A stretch of DNA of 50,492 nt, filler included, from Catajapyx aquilonaris (lineage: Eukaryota): assembly GCA_000934665.2 (NCBI GenBank). It is 2 parts of 2 records of this genome, joined end to end, with 100 filler letters (N's around TTAATTAATTAA, not from the genome) between each part and the next. Parts side by side here need not be neighbours in the genome. Positions count along the whole stretch, not along the records: positions 1 to 25,211 come from JYFJ02005414.1; 1 more part is not named here. One strand, written 5' to 3'. Of this stretch, positions 1 to 11,213 are shown one piece after another; the stretch's first letter is position 1, and each line of letters begins with the position of its first letter. The notes under the pieces were generated by a model that saw only the letters and a list, made by a program, of their open reading frames with translations, was not told where the DNA came from and did not search any database. Both the position numbers and the translations under genes were made by a program.

Positions 1-96
1 AATGGACGGGGGCCAATGGGGAGGTGGCGGCAATAATACGGGGGCGGACCAATCGGAGGGCTCGGCGGCCGTCCGCAAGCATTTTAATATTATAGA
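1..96 (-). mobile_element. Probable Helitron 5' end (element continues beyond window start)
   Basis: Reverse complement reads A|TCTATAATATTAAAATGC..., i.e. a TC start after an A, resembling arthropod non-autonomous Helitron 5' termini; GC-rich sequence stops abruptly here. The 3' CTAG end is not in the window. Confidence 0.45.
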
Positions 97-528
97 TACT
101 GTAGTTATCAAAATATTAACTTACGGTACCTGGTAACGAGAAGCAACCGTCCACTCAAGGCAACCTATACTATACCACCAAATGCAAAACTGGACGAAAA
201 TAAAAACTTAAACAGAAATCAATTTTACGGGCCTTATCACAAAAAATAGCGAATTCTCTTCGTGATTGCCAACCTTGAACATTCATCAATGTAATGGAAT
301 ATGCCTAAATTCACTAGTTTACGCCTGCTGCCAGTAGGGCGCTGGCACGATCTCATCCCACCTGGCACAATGTCACCCCGTTTGATGGTATATTTTTTAA
401 AAACATTCGTCACTTACGCCAATAAAATTTGCCTGAACTGTTACTGCATCTTGAAAATTTGTGAAGGGAGTGCAGGGTTTTACACATTATACTGTACATA
501 GAAATAAGACAATATGTTCTTTTTCTAG

Positions 529-942
529 GCCATGAGCGGCCACTTCCGGTACTTTGGTGACGAGGTAGGAACGGCCACGAGAATGTATCTCGTCCTCCGG
601 CAGTATGCCGCCATTATACTGGCTTGGTTGGCAGAGAGTATGGCCATGGCAAATGAGCAGGGAGTGAAGGAGGATGATTTGTTGGAAACCTTGAAATGTA
701 CTTCCCTATCATGCGACATTGCTCTGGAAAGCATTCAATCAGTGATTGAAGGATTGGATTGCCCCATCCAACTCATGCTGCACCACATGCAGGAGGACCT
801 CAAGCTAGCCATCAACATGGGGGATCAGAATTGTGTTCCCATGTCAATGTCTTTCGGGGCTTACGAGCTTTTTAACAAGGCCATCACGATGAAATATCCC
901 AAGTACGACGCCTCGGCTGCATACATGGTCGCTCGCTTTTAG
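529..942 (+). CDS. Terminal coding exon of a GLYR1/N-PAC (NP60)-like beta-hydroxyacid dehydrogenase-fold protein (C-terminal helical domain), divergent
   Basis: Acceptor ttctttttctag at 527-528, then GCC ATG...; AMSGHFRYFGDEVGTATRMYLV...HMQEDLKLAINMGD...DASAAY aligns by eye with GLYR1 [21 protein letters not shown]...YIQKDLRLAIALGD...DMSAVY; TAG stop 940-942. Upstream exons are outside the window. Confidence 0.75.
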   Translation, partial: AMSGHFRYFGDEVGTATRMYLVLRQYAAIILAWLAESMAMANEQGVKEDDLLETLKCTSLSCDIALESIQSVIEGLDCPIQLMLHHMQEDLKLAINMGDQNCVPMSMSFGAYELFNKAITMKYPKYDASAAYMVARF

Positions 943-1392
943 CCAGCTATGTGTTTTCAGCACTGCAGAATGTTTTCCCTTATACATGGACCTGACCATG
1001 GACCTGACCGATGCCCTCCCTTCTTAAATGCCATTGCTCCTTTCAATCCAAATCACTGCTTTCATTAGGATGTCATGGCTCTGCAATAACATCGCTGATC
1101 AAATCGCCCAGACGCCCACATGTAAACGCAGCTTAAGTTATGCCCACTGGAATGCAATTTGTGTGTTCTTCAACAACATTAGTGAATTTTTTGTTAGTCC
1201 ACCTGCAAAAGCAAGGTGCCAAAGAATTTAGGAACCACAAAATCATGACTTTTACCATATATGACAGGACTTACCTTAGATGCACAAGAATCAGCCCAAA
1301 TATTGAACTGTTGAAATGATTCTAATTGGGATTTTGGAGCAGGATATTTTCTAACACTATCAATTATTCATGTTCCCATGCATTTTTAAATA

Positions 1393-1954
1393 CAGGGTGT
1401 TTATTGTAACTCTGCAAAGACTTTCAGGGGTAATAGTGGGGACCAAGACAAGTATTTTTGACGTAGGAACCAGTGTCCGGAAACGTCATCTAGAGGGGGT
1501 TCATAGACAAGGAACGGGTGCACTCAGACACTTCATGCGGGAGGCGCTAGGCGAGCAGACTGTTTTGTTGATAGGTGGTGCTCGGATAGTACACACCGAT
1601 GCGATGTCCCATAACCTGGCAACAGCAGAGCCATCTAGCAACTAAAGTTCACCTCCTAGGAGATGCGCGGATAGTCAGCAGCGGTTCAGTTGTTGCCAGG
1701 TTATGGCGTATCGTGTTGTTGTTTACTTACAATGACGTGATACGCCATAACCTGGCAACAACTGCGCGGCATCTACCAACAAAACAGTCTGCTCGCCTAG
1801 CGCCTCCCGCATGAAGTGTCTGAGTGCACCCGTTCCTTGTCTATGAACCCCCTCTAGATGGCATTTCCGGACACGGTTTCCTATGTCAAAAATACTTGTC
1901 TTGGTCCCCTCTATTACCCCTGAAAGTCTTTGCAGAGTTACAATAAACACCCTG
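1393..1954. mobile_element. Foldback Tc1/mariner-type MITE, family A, copy 1
   Basis: TA|CAGGGTGTTT...AAACACCCTG|TA; arms of about 170 bp are near-perfect reverse complements; TA TSD at 1391-1392 and 1955-1956. Confidence 0.93.
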
Positions 1955-4900
1955 TATATAAACGTATTAACCTTTTTGCTGAGCAGTGTCTCCAAAATAA
2001 TTTCAAGAGATAAGAAAGAGAAAAGGGTTTTGAGGGGAGAGGGGTTGGGGTGTTTCTCTCGGACAGCCTGGATTTTAATATACTGTACATCTTATCAGGA
2101 TGTTCATGAGATGATTGCTGCGACCTTAAGTGTGCCCATGCACAGTAACACTACAAGCATGTCAGCAGGCTGGATGAGTAATTTCTCAACTGACATTAGG
2201 AACCATTTCCCCTTGAAATTACTGTGGTACTGTATATGGCAAAATAAATCCTGGAAGGAATCTTTTTTGTCTCCATTTTCACCTGGATACATGCATTTCC
2301 AATGTCCCACATTACTGAAGTGGCCAATAAATGCAATTTCAAGCTTTAAAAAGAAAACTGTGACATAACTACATTGCATTAGACAATACCAGGCACAAGA
2401 GTACAACATAAACCTGTTTTGCTTTACAAACACATTTATTTAGATCGATCTGAAACCGCTCTATGGTGGCAATATACACGCTTTCAGGCCGAGGAATTTA
2501 TTATAATTATGTCAAGGGATGTATTTTGCACAGCACAGGAAAAAGAAATGGGGGAAAAAAAATCCCATCTAGTCTTCCACTTCTTTTGTAGTTACATACC
2601 ATGATTTTTTTTATTTATTGTTGTTTACAGCTACACCCCTTCACATGTAAATGTCACACATCCTTTCAGTCATGGCAGGCTTTCATTGGCAATTATTATT
2701 ATTATTAGTAAGGACTTTTTTCTTCGAGCTTACATACCGAGTTTTATTTACATGCACATGAGACTTTGAGTATGCATAATTGTACATATGTGGCTTGTAA
2801 ATCGATCGCCTGAAATATTTTTTCCCCCTGGATTTATTACACTAACTTGTAAGTGGACTAGAGTTGACCAGGACCCCATATGTATTAATATCAATTTTTT
2901 TTATAGGGAAGGGGTCATATATTGTTGCTTCGTGTTGCCCACTCTGAGCCTCAAAAATGGATGGAATTGAAATTACAGAATTGCCAAAAAATAGGCTTCT
3001 AGCAACTAATTCAAGAGGGGGAAAAAAATTATTAGGGGTTGCCTACACTTGTAAGTTACAATTTTGTAGTAGTACTCATTGTTTATTACTGGTTCACTTT
3101 TTAAAAAGCGGGCAGGAAAAAATGACCCGACTTAAAACAAAGCGCAGTTAAATGCATTAGACTAATTAAAACTGTCGTAGGCAAAATAAATGCGGCTGGA
3201 AAAAGTGTGTAAAGGCAGCCAATAATCGTTTTTAAGGCAGTGTGCAATTTGTCCAAATCCATCATCCCAAACAAAAAATACACTTGTAAATGTGCAAAAC
3301 AAAAATATTACAGGCATTATATATTAATGTACATCATTTGCGGTTGGGGGTAACATTTCCCTCATCAACGTAAACAAATCAACATGTTGAATACTCGTTA
3401 TCCCAGCTCCATGTTCAGGAACATAGTAAACAAGTAAACAAGCAAACAAGAGTAGTGAAACCTTGATATGTCCTCAAAAAAGGCACCCCAAAAGATTCCC
3501 AAATTGTTAATGTTGCAAAATAATTATAACACATGTGCCAATTTCATCTCATGGACATTGAAAATAAAATGGTTTCACTTTTTATAGCCAACATAAGTGT
3601 TTCATATATTTTAAAAAAAAAGTGCTATTGCAAAATTCCCTTTGTTTATGGAAAAAGAAAATATGCAGTACTTTAAAAATCCTTGCCGTTTTCTCTCCTC
3701 TTTGGCATTAAATCCCTCACTCAGTCGTCTTGTTTTATTGTTTTTTTTTTGGTTCTCCTCTACATGTTGTAATTGTTTTTTTCAGATTCTCAACTTCGAA
3801 AACACTGCACTCCTACACTCTCTACTACAGTCAAATGCTTTTTTTGTTATTTTTTTCTGGAAGCTAAGACCTACAGTGGATAACTAGCATGAAAGATGGC
3901 AGCTTGCTAAAAAAATAAACCGATGTATTTTCTAAAAAAAATGTGCAGTTACTCCGTAAGTCCTTGCATGAGTTCCAAAAAAGTGAAAATATGCGCAACT
4001 CAACCACATGCATTTTATATAGTCCTTGAAGATTGTTTCAGAAAAAGAAACATTAACCCAAAATTGAGCTGAGAGGGTGAGTCATCACAGATAAACAGCT
4101 TAACATGAGGTAAACTGAAGTGAACAACATAATAAATAATCCACCCTCACGTCTTGTTCTCGAGAGATACAACATTATTCACTGATAGTTTCATGGTTAT
4201 TTTAAAATTCAAAGCCACATATGTGGGTGTTTTTTTTTTGACTACTTCTTTTTGCTAGCAATCAGCATTACAGATTCTATTTGTACCTTGCAGCATTTTT
4301 TTCTCTTTCTTTCTTTCTTCAAATTCCATTGTGCTATGAAAATGAAATCCTTGCCACCAAGCCTCTATAGCCAGATAAATAGCAATCAAATTCAGTTTCA
4401 GCACACAATGCACTGTGCCATTAGGAGCTCAACAATACAAATGAAGCACCATTTTGGGCTAACTGGTAAATGATCAGATCATGTGTACTCAAGGATGTCC
4501 ATGACTTCTGCAACCCATTTTGCAACTTCAAATGTACAGTATTTAATTTAAATTCACATGAGAGTCAGACCATGAAGCTTGATCCACATAGAGTTTAACA
4601 TTTATATTACCACTGATGGTATCAATTTGTGATTAAAACTGCACTTGATTGGTGATGGGGAAAACATCATTTTGCAGCAGCAGTTGCTGAAACTTATCAA
4701 GTGAAAATATGTTCCCATGGAAAACAGTCCACTAGTTACACATCAAATCCTCACAGCTTCAGCTGTGATCTCAACAAGGTTACTTGGAAGTGGATGTCTC
4801 AAAGAACATATCTTGTGAAAATCACTATTCGATTACATTTTATTCTTGCCCATCCTAAGTTTGAAGATGAAATTTCTCTTTCAAATGGCAAAGCAAGATC

Positions 4901-5303
4901 TAATGAATATGTTAGAATAAAAACAAAGCGTAAAAAGTACAAGTTTGTTCTGCACTGCATTTAATAATGTGTCATAAAATTTTAAAACCTTTGCGAAGTA
5001 ATTTATATATATTCCTACAAATTATCATAACAAATGCATGTTCTTAAGCTCATAAATGGCCAATCAAATAAAAATGAACAAAATCAGCAGTGATGAAAAG
5101 GCATTCAGACAAGATTAGCCAACCCATTTTGTGCCCGTCTTCAGCAGGAACACACCTTGTGACACATTTTATTGATTAAATAAGTATGAGAATGAAAACC
5201 TACATACTGCTTTCCCAATGATTCTATGTCCTTCAAAATGCTGACTTTCCTTTCCCACCAAAGATACAGAATTGTTGGATGGCAGTAAAAAACAACAACA
5301 AGA

Positions 5304-5357
<54 letters not shown>
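5304..5357. repeat. (AAT)n microsatellite
   Basis: About 18 perfect AAT units; lies in the presumed BRSK 3' UTR. Confidence 0.97.
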
Positions 5358-5358
<1 letters not shown>

Positions 5359-5840
5359 TCACTTGGCACATAAAACTGAGTCATACACCCAACTTCCAAG
5401 GAACACAAATATTGAAGTTATTTATCGCTATGTAAGTTTGAGTTGCCTTGCATAAGATTTTACATCATGTACAAACACTGAGAATAACTCACATAGTCTT
5501 CCAGTTATCTGAGTTCTTTGGTTACAGTAGATTTATTGCTTGTGGATATTGATAATGTGACTGAGCACAATGTTTCCTGGGTGCTTCATGCAATGTATTT
5601 CCCCCATCGCCACTTGGAACCCCCATCCTGAAGCACCATTTAACAAACAATGCATTTGTTGCATGGAACAAAAAGCAATTCAACCAAATATACAAAGCAA
5701 AAGACCTTTCGCGCGCAACAAACAACAAACCCGCTCTCTCATTTGCTCATGACTTTCATTCTGGGCCTACTTTTTTTCTTCCTTTGTTTAATCTCACATA
5801 CGTTAAGCTGCCCCTAATTAGTGGACCTTTTCATTTCTGC

Positions 5841-6161
5841 CTAAGTCTGGGCGACTCCTTCCCCTGCCGGCGGTTTCCCATTCGACTGAAGCAGCTTGGG
5901 CGTTTCAGATGGAGCCGTGGAAGAGGTGGCAGAAGATGAGGCCTGTTGGGTAGTGGTTGGTGGGGGAGAAGCAGGTGGCTGTGGCTCACTACTGGGTTGA
6001 AGTGGAGGGGCATGGTGGTGGTGGTGGGGTGTGTGGTGGGGAGGAGGGGCAGGAATGAGGAGGGCAGCAGGGTTGACACTGGCACTGGCACTCTCCTTTA
6101 TGTCCTTCGTGGGAGACTTCACGTCGAACACTGAGGTGTCGCTCTCTATGTCCGACTCCAC
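5841..6161 (-). CDS. BRSK2: BRSK/SAD kinase, last coding exon (Pro/His/Ser-rich tail)
   Basis: Pyrimidine-rich tract and aag| acceptor, phase 0 matching the previous exon; VESDIESDTSVFD...GEGVAQT then TAG. Low-complexity sequence, so assignment rests on splice phase and position. Confidence 0.7.
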   Translation of the reverse strand: MESDIESDTSVFDVKSPTKDIKESASASVNPAALLIPAPPPHHTPHHHHHAPPLQPSSEPQPPASPPPTTTQQASSSATSSTAPSETPKLLQSNGKPPAGEGVAQT

Positions 6162-6616
6162 CTTGAGGAGGGTGATGGATGAAGAGAAGGGGGCAGAGGA
6201 GGGGGCAGAGGAGGGGGCAGAGGAGGAAAAAAAAGCAATGGATCACATTCCAATTTCAACAGTAATTCAAAGTAGTTTCCAAAAGCATGGATCAAATTTT
6301 CGTCTCACTGCTGGTTACATCTAAGTTAGCAGTAACTAGCAGTGGGACTAAAATTCAACATTTCTTTTATCACGCATGAGAGGAACAAAGAGAAATCCTA
6401 TCTTCTCCCTTAGTCAATTAAGGATTTGTGCATTTGTATGCCAGGAACCAGCTTCAAACTGGTGCATACAAGTTGTGTTATGCAACTGGGTGGCAAATTC
6501 ATGTCATTGCTAAACCTGTGCTTAATTCACCAAGGGATGCAACAACTATCAACTGACATCAGCCATGTGTCTTGCTTGCACCTCCTCAAGAGGACGTGCA
6601 AGTCAGGTATAATGTA

Positions 6617-6778
6617 CAGTATTGGTCATATATCGAGGCAACTGCCAGCAACATTTTCCCGAAGCGGCAGAAGAAGGAATCTTGCTCGCCCGGCTTGTAG
6701 CATGCTTATCTTCGATTCCTTCTTCTTCCGCTTCGGGAAAATGTCGCTGGCAGTTGCCTCGATATATGACCAATACTG
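6617..6778. mobile_element. Short TA-flanked palindromic MITE, family B, copy 1
   Basis: TA|CAGTATTGGTCATATATCGAGGCAACTGCCAGC...GCTGGCAGTTGCCTCGATATATGACCAATACTG|TA; homologous copies at 12587 and 20836. Confidence 0.92.
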
Positions 6779-7082
6779 TACAGTGTATCCAACTGAAATG
6801 TCAGTAGGGGTCAGAAATTTATTTGCGACTAAGCTGTTTATTATTGAGCAGTTACTTCGGATCAGTTATTTTTACCTAATATAAATATTAGCTGCTAGTA
6901 TTAAGTTGAATGAACAATAAATTTCCAAGCTTAAGACATTGCTTAGACCCACTGGCATCTCCTGCACTAGTTTAAAAGGCAGCTCCAATTCAACAATAAC
7001 AGCAGCTAATAATTTTAATAACCCTTACAACTGTGGCGGTTTTAGACCCCACTCGTGAGGGGGGTGGGGGGAATCAACTATA

Positions 7083-7609
7083 CAGTGTGTTTCCAAGCTA
7101 TCTTTACAAACTTCTAGGGGTAATAGAGGGGACCAAGACAAACATGTTTCACATAGGAACTCGTGTCCAGAAACACCATCTAGAGGGGGTTCACAGACAA
7201 GGAACGGGTGTGCTCAGACGCAACAGGAGGGCGGCATTAGCGAGTGGACCGTTTAGTTGCTAGGTGGCGCACAGATTGTACACAACTCAGCAATTAGCCA
7301 TAACTTGGCAACAACAGAGTTGTTGTTTATTATCTGCACGCTACCTAGCATGCTGACTTTAGTTGTTAGGTGGCTTTATTGTTGCCAGGTTGTTGCAAAT
7401 TGCGAAGTTGTGTACAATCCGCCCGCCACCTAGCAACTAAACGGTCCGCTCGCTAACGCTGCCCGCCTGACGCGTCTGAGTGCACCCGTTCCTTGTCTAT
7501 GAACCCCCTCTAATGGCGTTTCCGGACACGGGTTCCTATGTGAAATATGTTTGTCTTTGTCCCCTCCATTACCCCTAGAAGTTTGTAAAGATAGCTCGGA
7601 AACACCCTG
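7083..7609. mobile_element. Foldback MITE family A, copy 2
   Basis: TA|CAGTGTGTTTCC...GGAAACACCCTG|TA; shares the GGGGTAATAGAGGGGACCAAGACA...GGAACGGGTG arm with copy 1. Confidence 0.93.
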
Positions 7610-7705
7610 TATATAATTTAATATACGGTAATTTAATTTAATTCATACCCCTTTATCAGCCATAGGCTCTTTAGGGGGAAGTTTGTTTTGCCTGGAACTC
7701 TTTGC

Positions 7706-7914
7706 TTTTCATTTTACTGTGCTCTTTGGGATAGGATAGGGACGAAATCAAGCGGCTGTGGCCCATTAATTACGGAAGCAACTCCGGAATTTTCCTGAAA
7801 GGACCGTGGGAAACCACAGAAAACCACGGTCAGAGTTGCCGGCCCCGGGATTTGATCCCAGGACCTCCCGATTAGCAGTCGGACACCATATCCCCTCCTC
7901 CAAACTGCTTCGGT
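7706..7914 (-). mobile_element. tRNA-derived SINE (shorter, diverged copy)
   Basis: Minus strand begins ACCGAAGCAG... and matches the first ~165 nt of the SINE at 17595-18051 (GACCGTGGTTTTCTGTGGTTTCCCACGGTCCT); 3' boundary approximate. Confidence 0.8.
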
Positions 7915-8531
7915 GCAAACACCCTGTATATGTGAGGCGGGTTGCCTACCTCTCAGCAGTGATTGCCAGATCGAGGAATAGAAGTTATGGTACCAATCCA
8001 CGTAAATAATGGTACTTATTGAAAATCGCGAATTTAATTACAATTAAGTGTCATTGGAATTAAAATTCCTTGACTGAAAGAGTTGAAATTCCCATAAAGG
8101 GTGGGGAGCAAGCTCGCTGCAGTTTTTTTTTTTTGGGGGGGGGGGGGGTNGGGGGGGGGTTCAAGGTCACACGAGCTTTAGGAGATTAGTACGATTTGAA
8201 TAGGTGTTTCGGGTGTGCATCTGATGAAATTGGTAGCACTTTTCCCATAGAAGTGGAATTACCGAGTAACATCGGACTTGACGAAATTATGGTAACCTGT
8301 CCGAATTGGGGGGGGGAGGGGGGGCGCTCAAACCGCCCCTGCCTTAGAAGAAACTGTTTAAAAATTATCAGCTGAATAGAAAAAATTACTAACCACCACA
8401 GATATTTCAACTGGAACACACTGTACTTTTGGACAATGTGGAGGCCCTGGTGTCATTTAATTTGGTTGCAAGTGAAGATAAAAACCTAAATATCTTGCTT
8501 GTGATAAACTTGGTAGATTTATGAGCCATAC

Positions 8532-8704
8532 CTGCCTGGTCCCCGAGTAAGGCGAGAGCCTTTCCGAGGTGTCCGAGCCACAGCTTGAGCTCTCGCTGAG
8601 CTCTGCAGTGAACTTCCTTGACGCACGTGGGGAGGCCGGGGGGCGGTGGCTGCACACCTGCGACTGGATGTGCTCACAGATGCGACGGAAGCGACGAATG
8701 TTAC
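8532..8704 (-). CDS. BRSK2: BRSK/SAD kinase coding exon (end of KA1 domain)
   Basis: tag|GT AAC ATT CGT... encoding (G)NIRRFRRICEHIQSQVC...SGTRQ|gtatgg; phase 1 to 0. Confidence 0.92.
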
Positions 8705-9780
8705 CTAAAGATACATCATAATGTTAATGTTAATGATGATACAAATTAGCCTGCATAGCCTACGGTTAAAAGGATCACATTGAGTGTGTACACACAACTA
8801 AAAATCATACAGAAGGCTGGCAGCTCTAAGGAAGGCTCTTGAGTCCCTTGTTTCCATAACATCTACACAGTGCCAGCCATACAAAAGGTAGGTCTGAATG
8901 GGTGGCTCAACTAAGGGCTTGCCTGGCCTGGCTTCCCAAGTCATGTGAACGCCCTGCACCCATCCCCCTTGAGCTAGAAGGGACAGGTGCAGGGCACGCA
9001 TGCGCCCTTTGTCCTTACTGGTTTTGGACATAGGACATTTCTCCTTGGGACAGCAACTCTCTTGGGCTTGGTAGGATAAAAATGGATGATGCAATCCTGG
9101 TCACATTTTGGAGTATCACTTGCAAAGAATATGAGTCACAGTAGGTGGAAGCACATTTGCATAATTATGTTTGTTCCCTTATACCTTGAGCCCAAAACAT
9201 ATTGACCTCCCAAAGCACATGAGCCCTTATCTCAATCAGGTCTTCAAATCTAACTTAAATTTATTTGAAAGAACTAGATAGAGAACTGAAGACAGACCAT
9301 CTCCTGCAGTGGCTGCGACATCAGCCCAGATATTCTTATGCTGAAGGAATCAGGGAGCTTCCACAACAATAGCATTGGGGCCTGGACGCACACAGGGAAT
9401 ACCTTGAAAAACTGACATATTTTGGTGCTTGTCAAACTTTTCATTTATTCTGTAGAAATAAAAGTCTCGGTCAACCTTGAATGACCCTTGTACTAAATGC
9501 AAACGAGCCCATTAGGATTGGGGCAATAGGGGCCCCTCACACTGCCCTAACACAGAGCTGCTGTGGCCACCCAAAGCATTACCACTTCGTCACCCCCCCC
9601 CCCCCCNNNCCCCCCCCCCCCCTGAACGCACAAAAAAAAGGGGGGGGTCCAGATCGGAGTTTTATAAGACTGATTTGAATGCAAGACAATGAGAAATTTA
9701 CAAATTCTCCATGAAAACTTAATTACATTTAGTAAAAATAAATAATAATAATAAAACACTCATGGGAAAGAAGTCCTCAC

Positions 9781-9967
9781 CTGATATAAGAGTGAAGGTG
9801 ATGGCAAAGAGGGTCTCTTTGGAGTCCCCGCCATTCTCCTTGGAGACTGGAGAGATGTCCACCTGGAAGCGTACTTGCCGCTGGAACATGGCCGGCGCAG
9901 TGCTTCCACGCTTGTACTCCACTCGGAAAGACATAGGGCTTGCTACGCTGTGACTCAGCTCAGCAAT
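9781..9967 (-). CDS. BRSK2: BRSK/SAD kinase coding exon (KA1 domain)
   Basis: cag|IAELSHSVASPMSFRVEYKR...FQRQVRFQVDI...FTLIS G|gtgagg; phase 0 to 1. Confidence 0.95.
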
Positions 9968-10238
9968 CTGGGACAACATAAGAAAGTATTAACTTTGGAC
10001 AAGTAATTCACGAATATGAGCAGCAAAAATATTTTTCAACAATATACCAAATCACTAATTTAAAATTGATCTTTCAGTAACTTATTTCATAAGTAAGGGA
10101 GATCGGGGTCGGTTGTAACATCTCCAATAATAAATACATTTGGAAAGCCCTGAAGCTGAAACTCACACAGCACGTGTGTCACTATGGCCTCAGGCCAGCA
10201 AAACTTTGGCTTCTCTTTTTTGGTTTTTTGTTCTTCTA

Positions 10239-10788
10239 CAGGGTGTTTACGACCTAACTTTACAAACTTCCAGGGGTAATAGAGGGGACCAAGACAAACA
10301 TTTTTGACATAGGAAACCGTGTCCGGAAACGCCATCTAGAGGGGGTTCATAGACGAGGAACGGGTGCGCTCAGGCGCGTCACGCGAGAGGCGCAAGTCAA
10401 GCGGACTGTTTTGTTGATAGATGGCGCGCAGTTGTTGCCAGGTTATGGCGTATCGCGTCGTTGTAAGTAAACAACAACGCGATACGCCATAACCTGGCAA
10501 CAACAGAACCGCTGTTGACTATCCGCGCGTCTCCTAGGGGGCGGACTTTAGTTGCTAGATGGCTCTGCTATGGCACATCGCATCGTTGGTTACTATCCGA
10601 GCGCCATCTATCAACAAAAAGTCCGCTCGACTAGCGCCTCTCGCGTGACGCGTCTGAGCGCACCCGTTCCTTGTCTATGAACCCCCTCTAGATGGCGTTT
10701 CCTGACACGGGTTCCTATGTCAAAAATGTTTGTCTTGGTCCCCTCTACCACCACTAGAAGTTTGTAAAGTTAGGTCGTAAACACCCTG
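10239..10788. mobile_element. Foldback MITE family A, copy 3 (nested)
   Basis: TA|CAGGGTGTTTACGACCTAAC...GTTAGGTCGTAAACACCCTG|TA; internal part is the inverted orientation of copy 1. Confidence 0.93.
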
Positions 10789-11131
10789 TATATGCAAAAA
10801 ACCAAAATCAAGGTGTGTTCCCAACTTTTGTAAGTGACAGTAATCAGGTGATTATGTGAAGGGTAGAGGTGACATTGAATTGCCCTTGGTATCATGAGAA
10901 AGGTTCCTTTAGTGGGGCGACACTGACGGTATGGATGACCAAATCATGTGCACAGTTAAAAAGTAGTTAAGAACATCTACAAGACAAGACACAATGGGGA
11001 CAGTTGTAACAGCTTCCTTGGGGTCAGTTGTAACATGGTAAAATCATAGGAGAAAGGTCAAGTCTGTGTACAGATGTTACAGCTACATATCTCACAGGAT
11101 ATTGAGAGTATAAATAGTTATTATTTTGTGC

Positions 11132-11153
11132 AATAATAATAATAATAATAATA

Positions 11154-11213
<60 letters not shown>

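Noticed and set aside
985..1008. 12-bp direct repeat CATGGACCTGAC x2 after the GLYR1-like stop
   Set aside because: Simple local duplication with no supporting structure.
1370..1995. Near-identical ORFs on opposite strands (91 aa + and 90 aa -), also 43486-43814
   Set aside because: By-product of palindromic MITE arms; no protein features.
5141..5408. Poly-Leu / poly-Ile ORFs (and the poly-Asn/Tyr ORF at 11121-11378)
   Set aside because: Translations of AAT/ATT microsatellites.
7917..7929. AAACACCCTGTA matching the family A right terminus
   Set aside because: Only about 12 bp, with no arm sequence; chance match or uninterpretable remnant.
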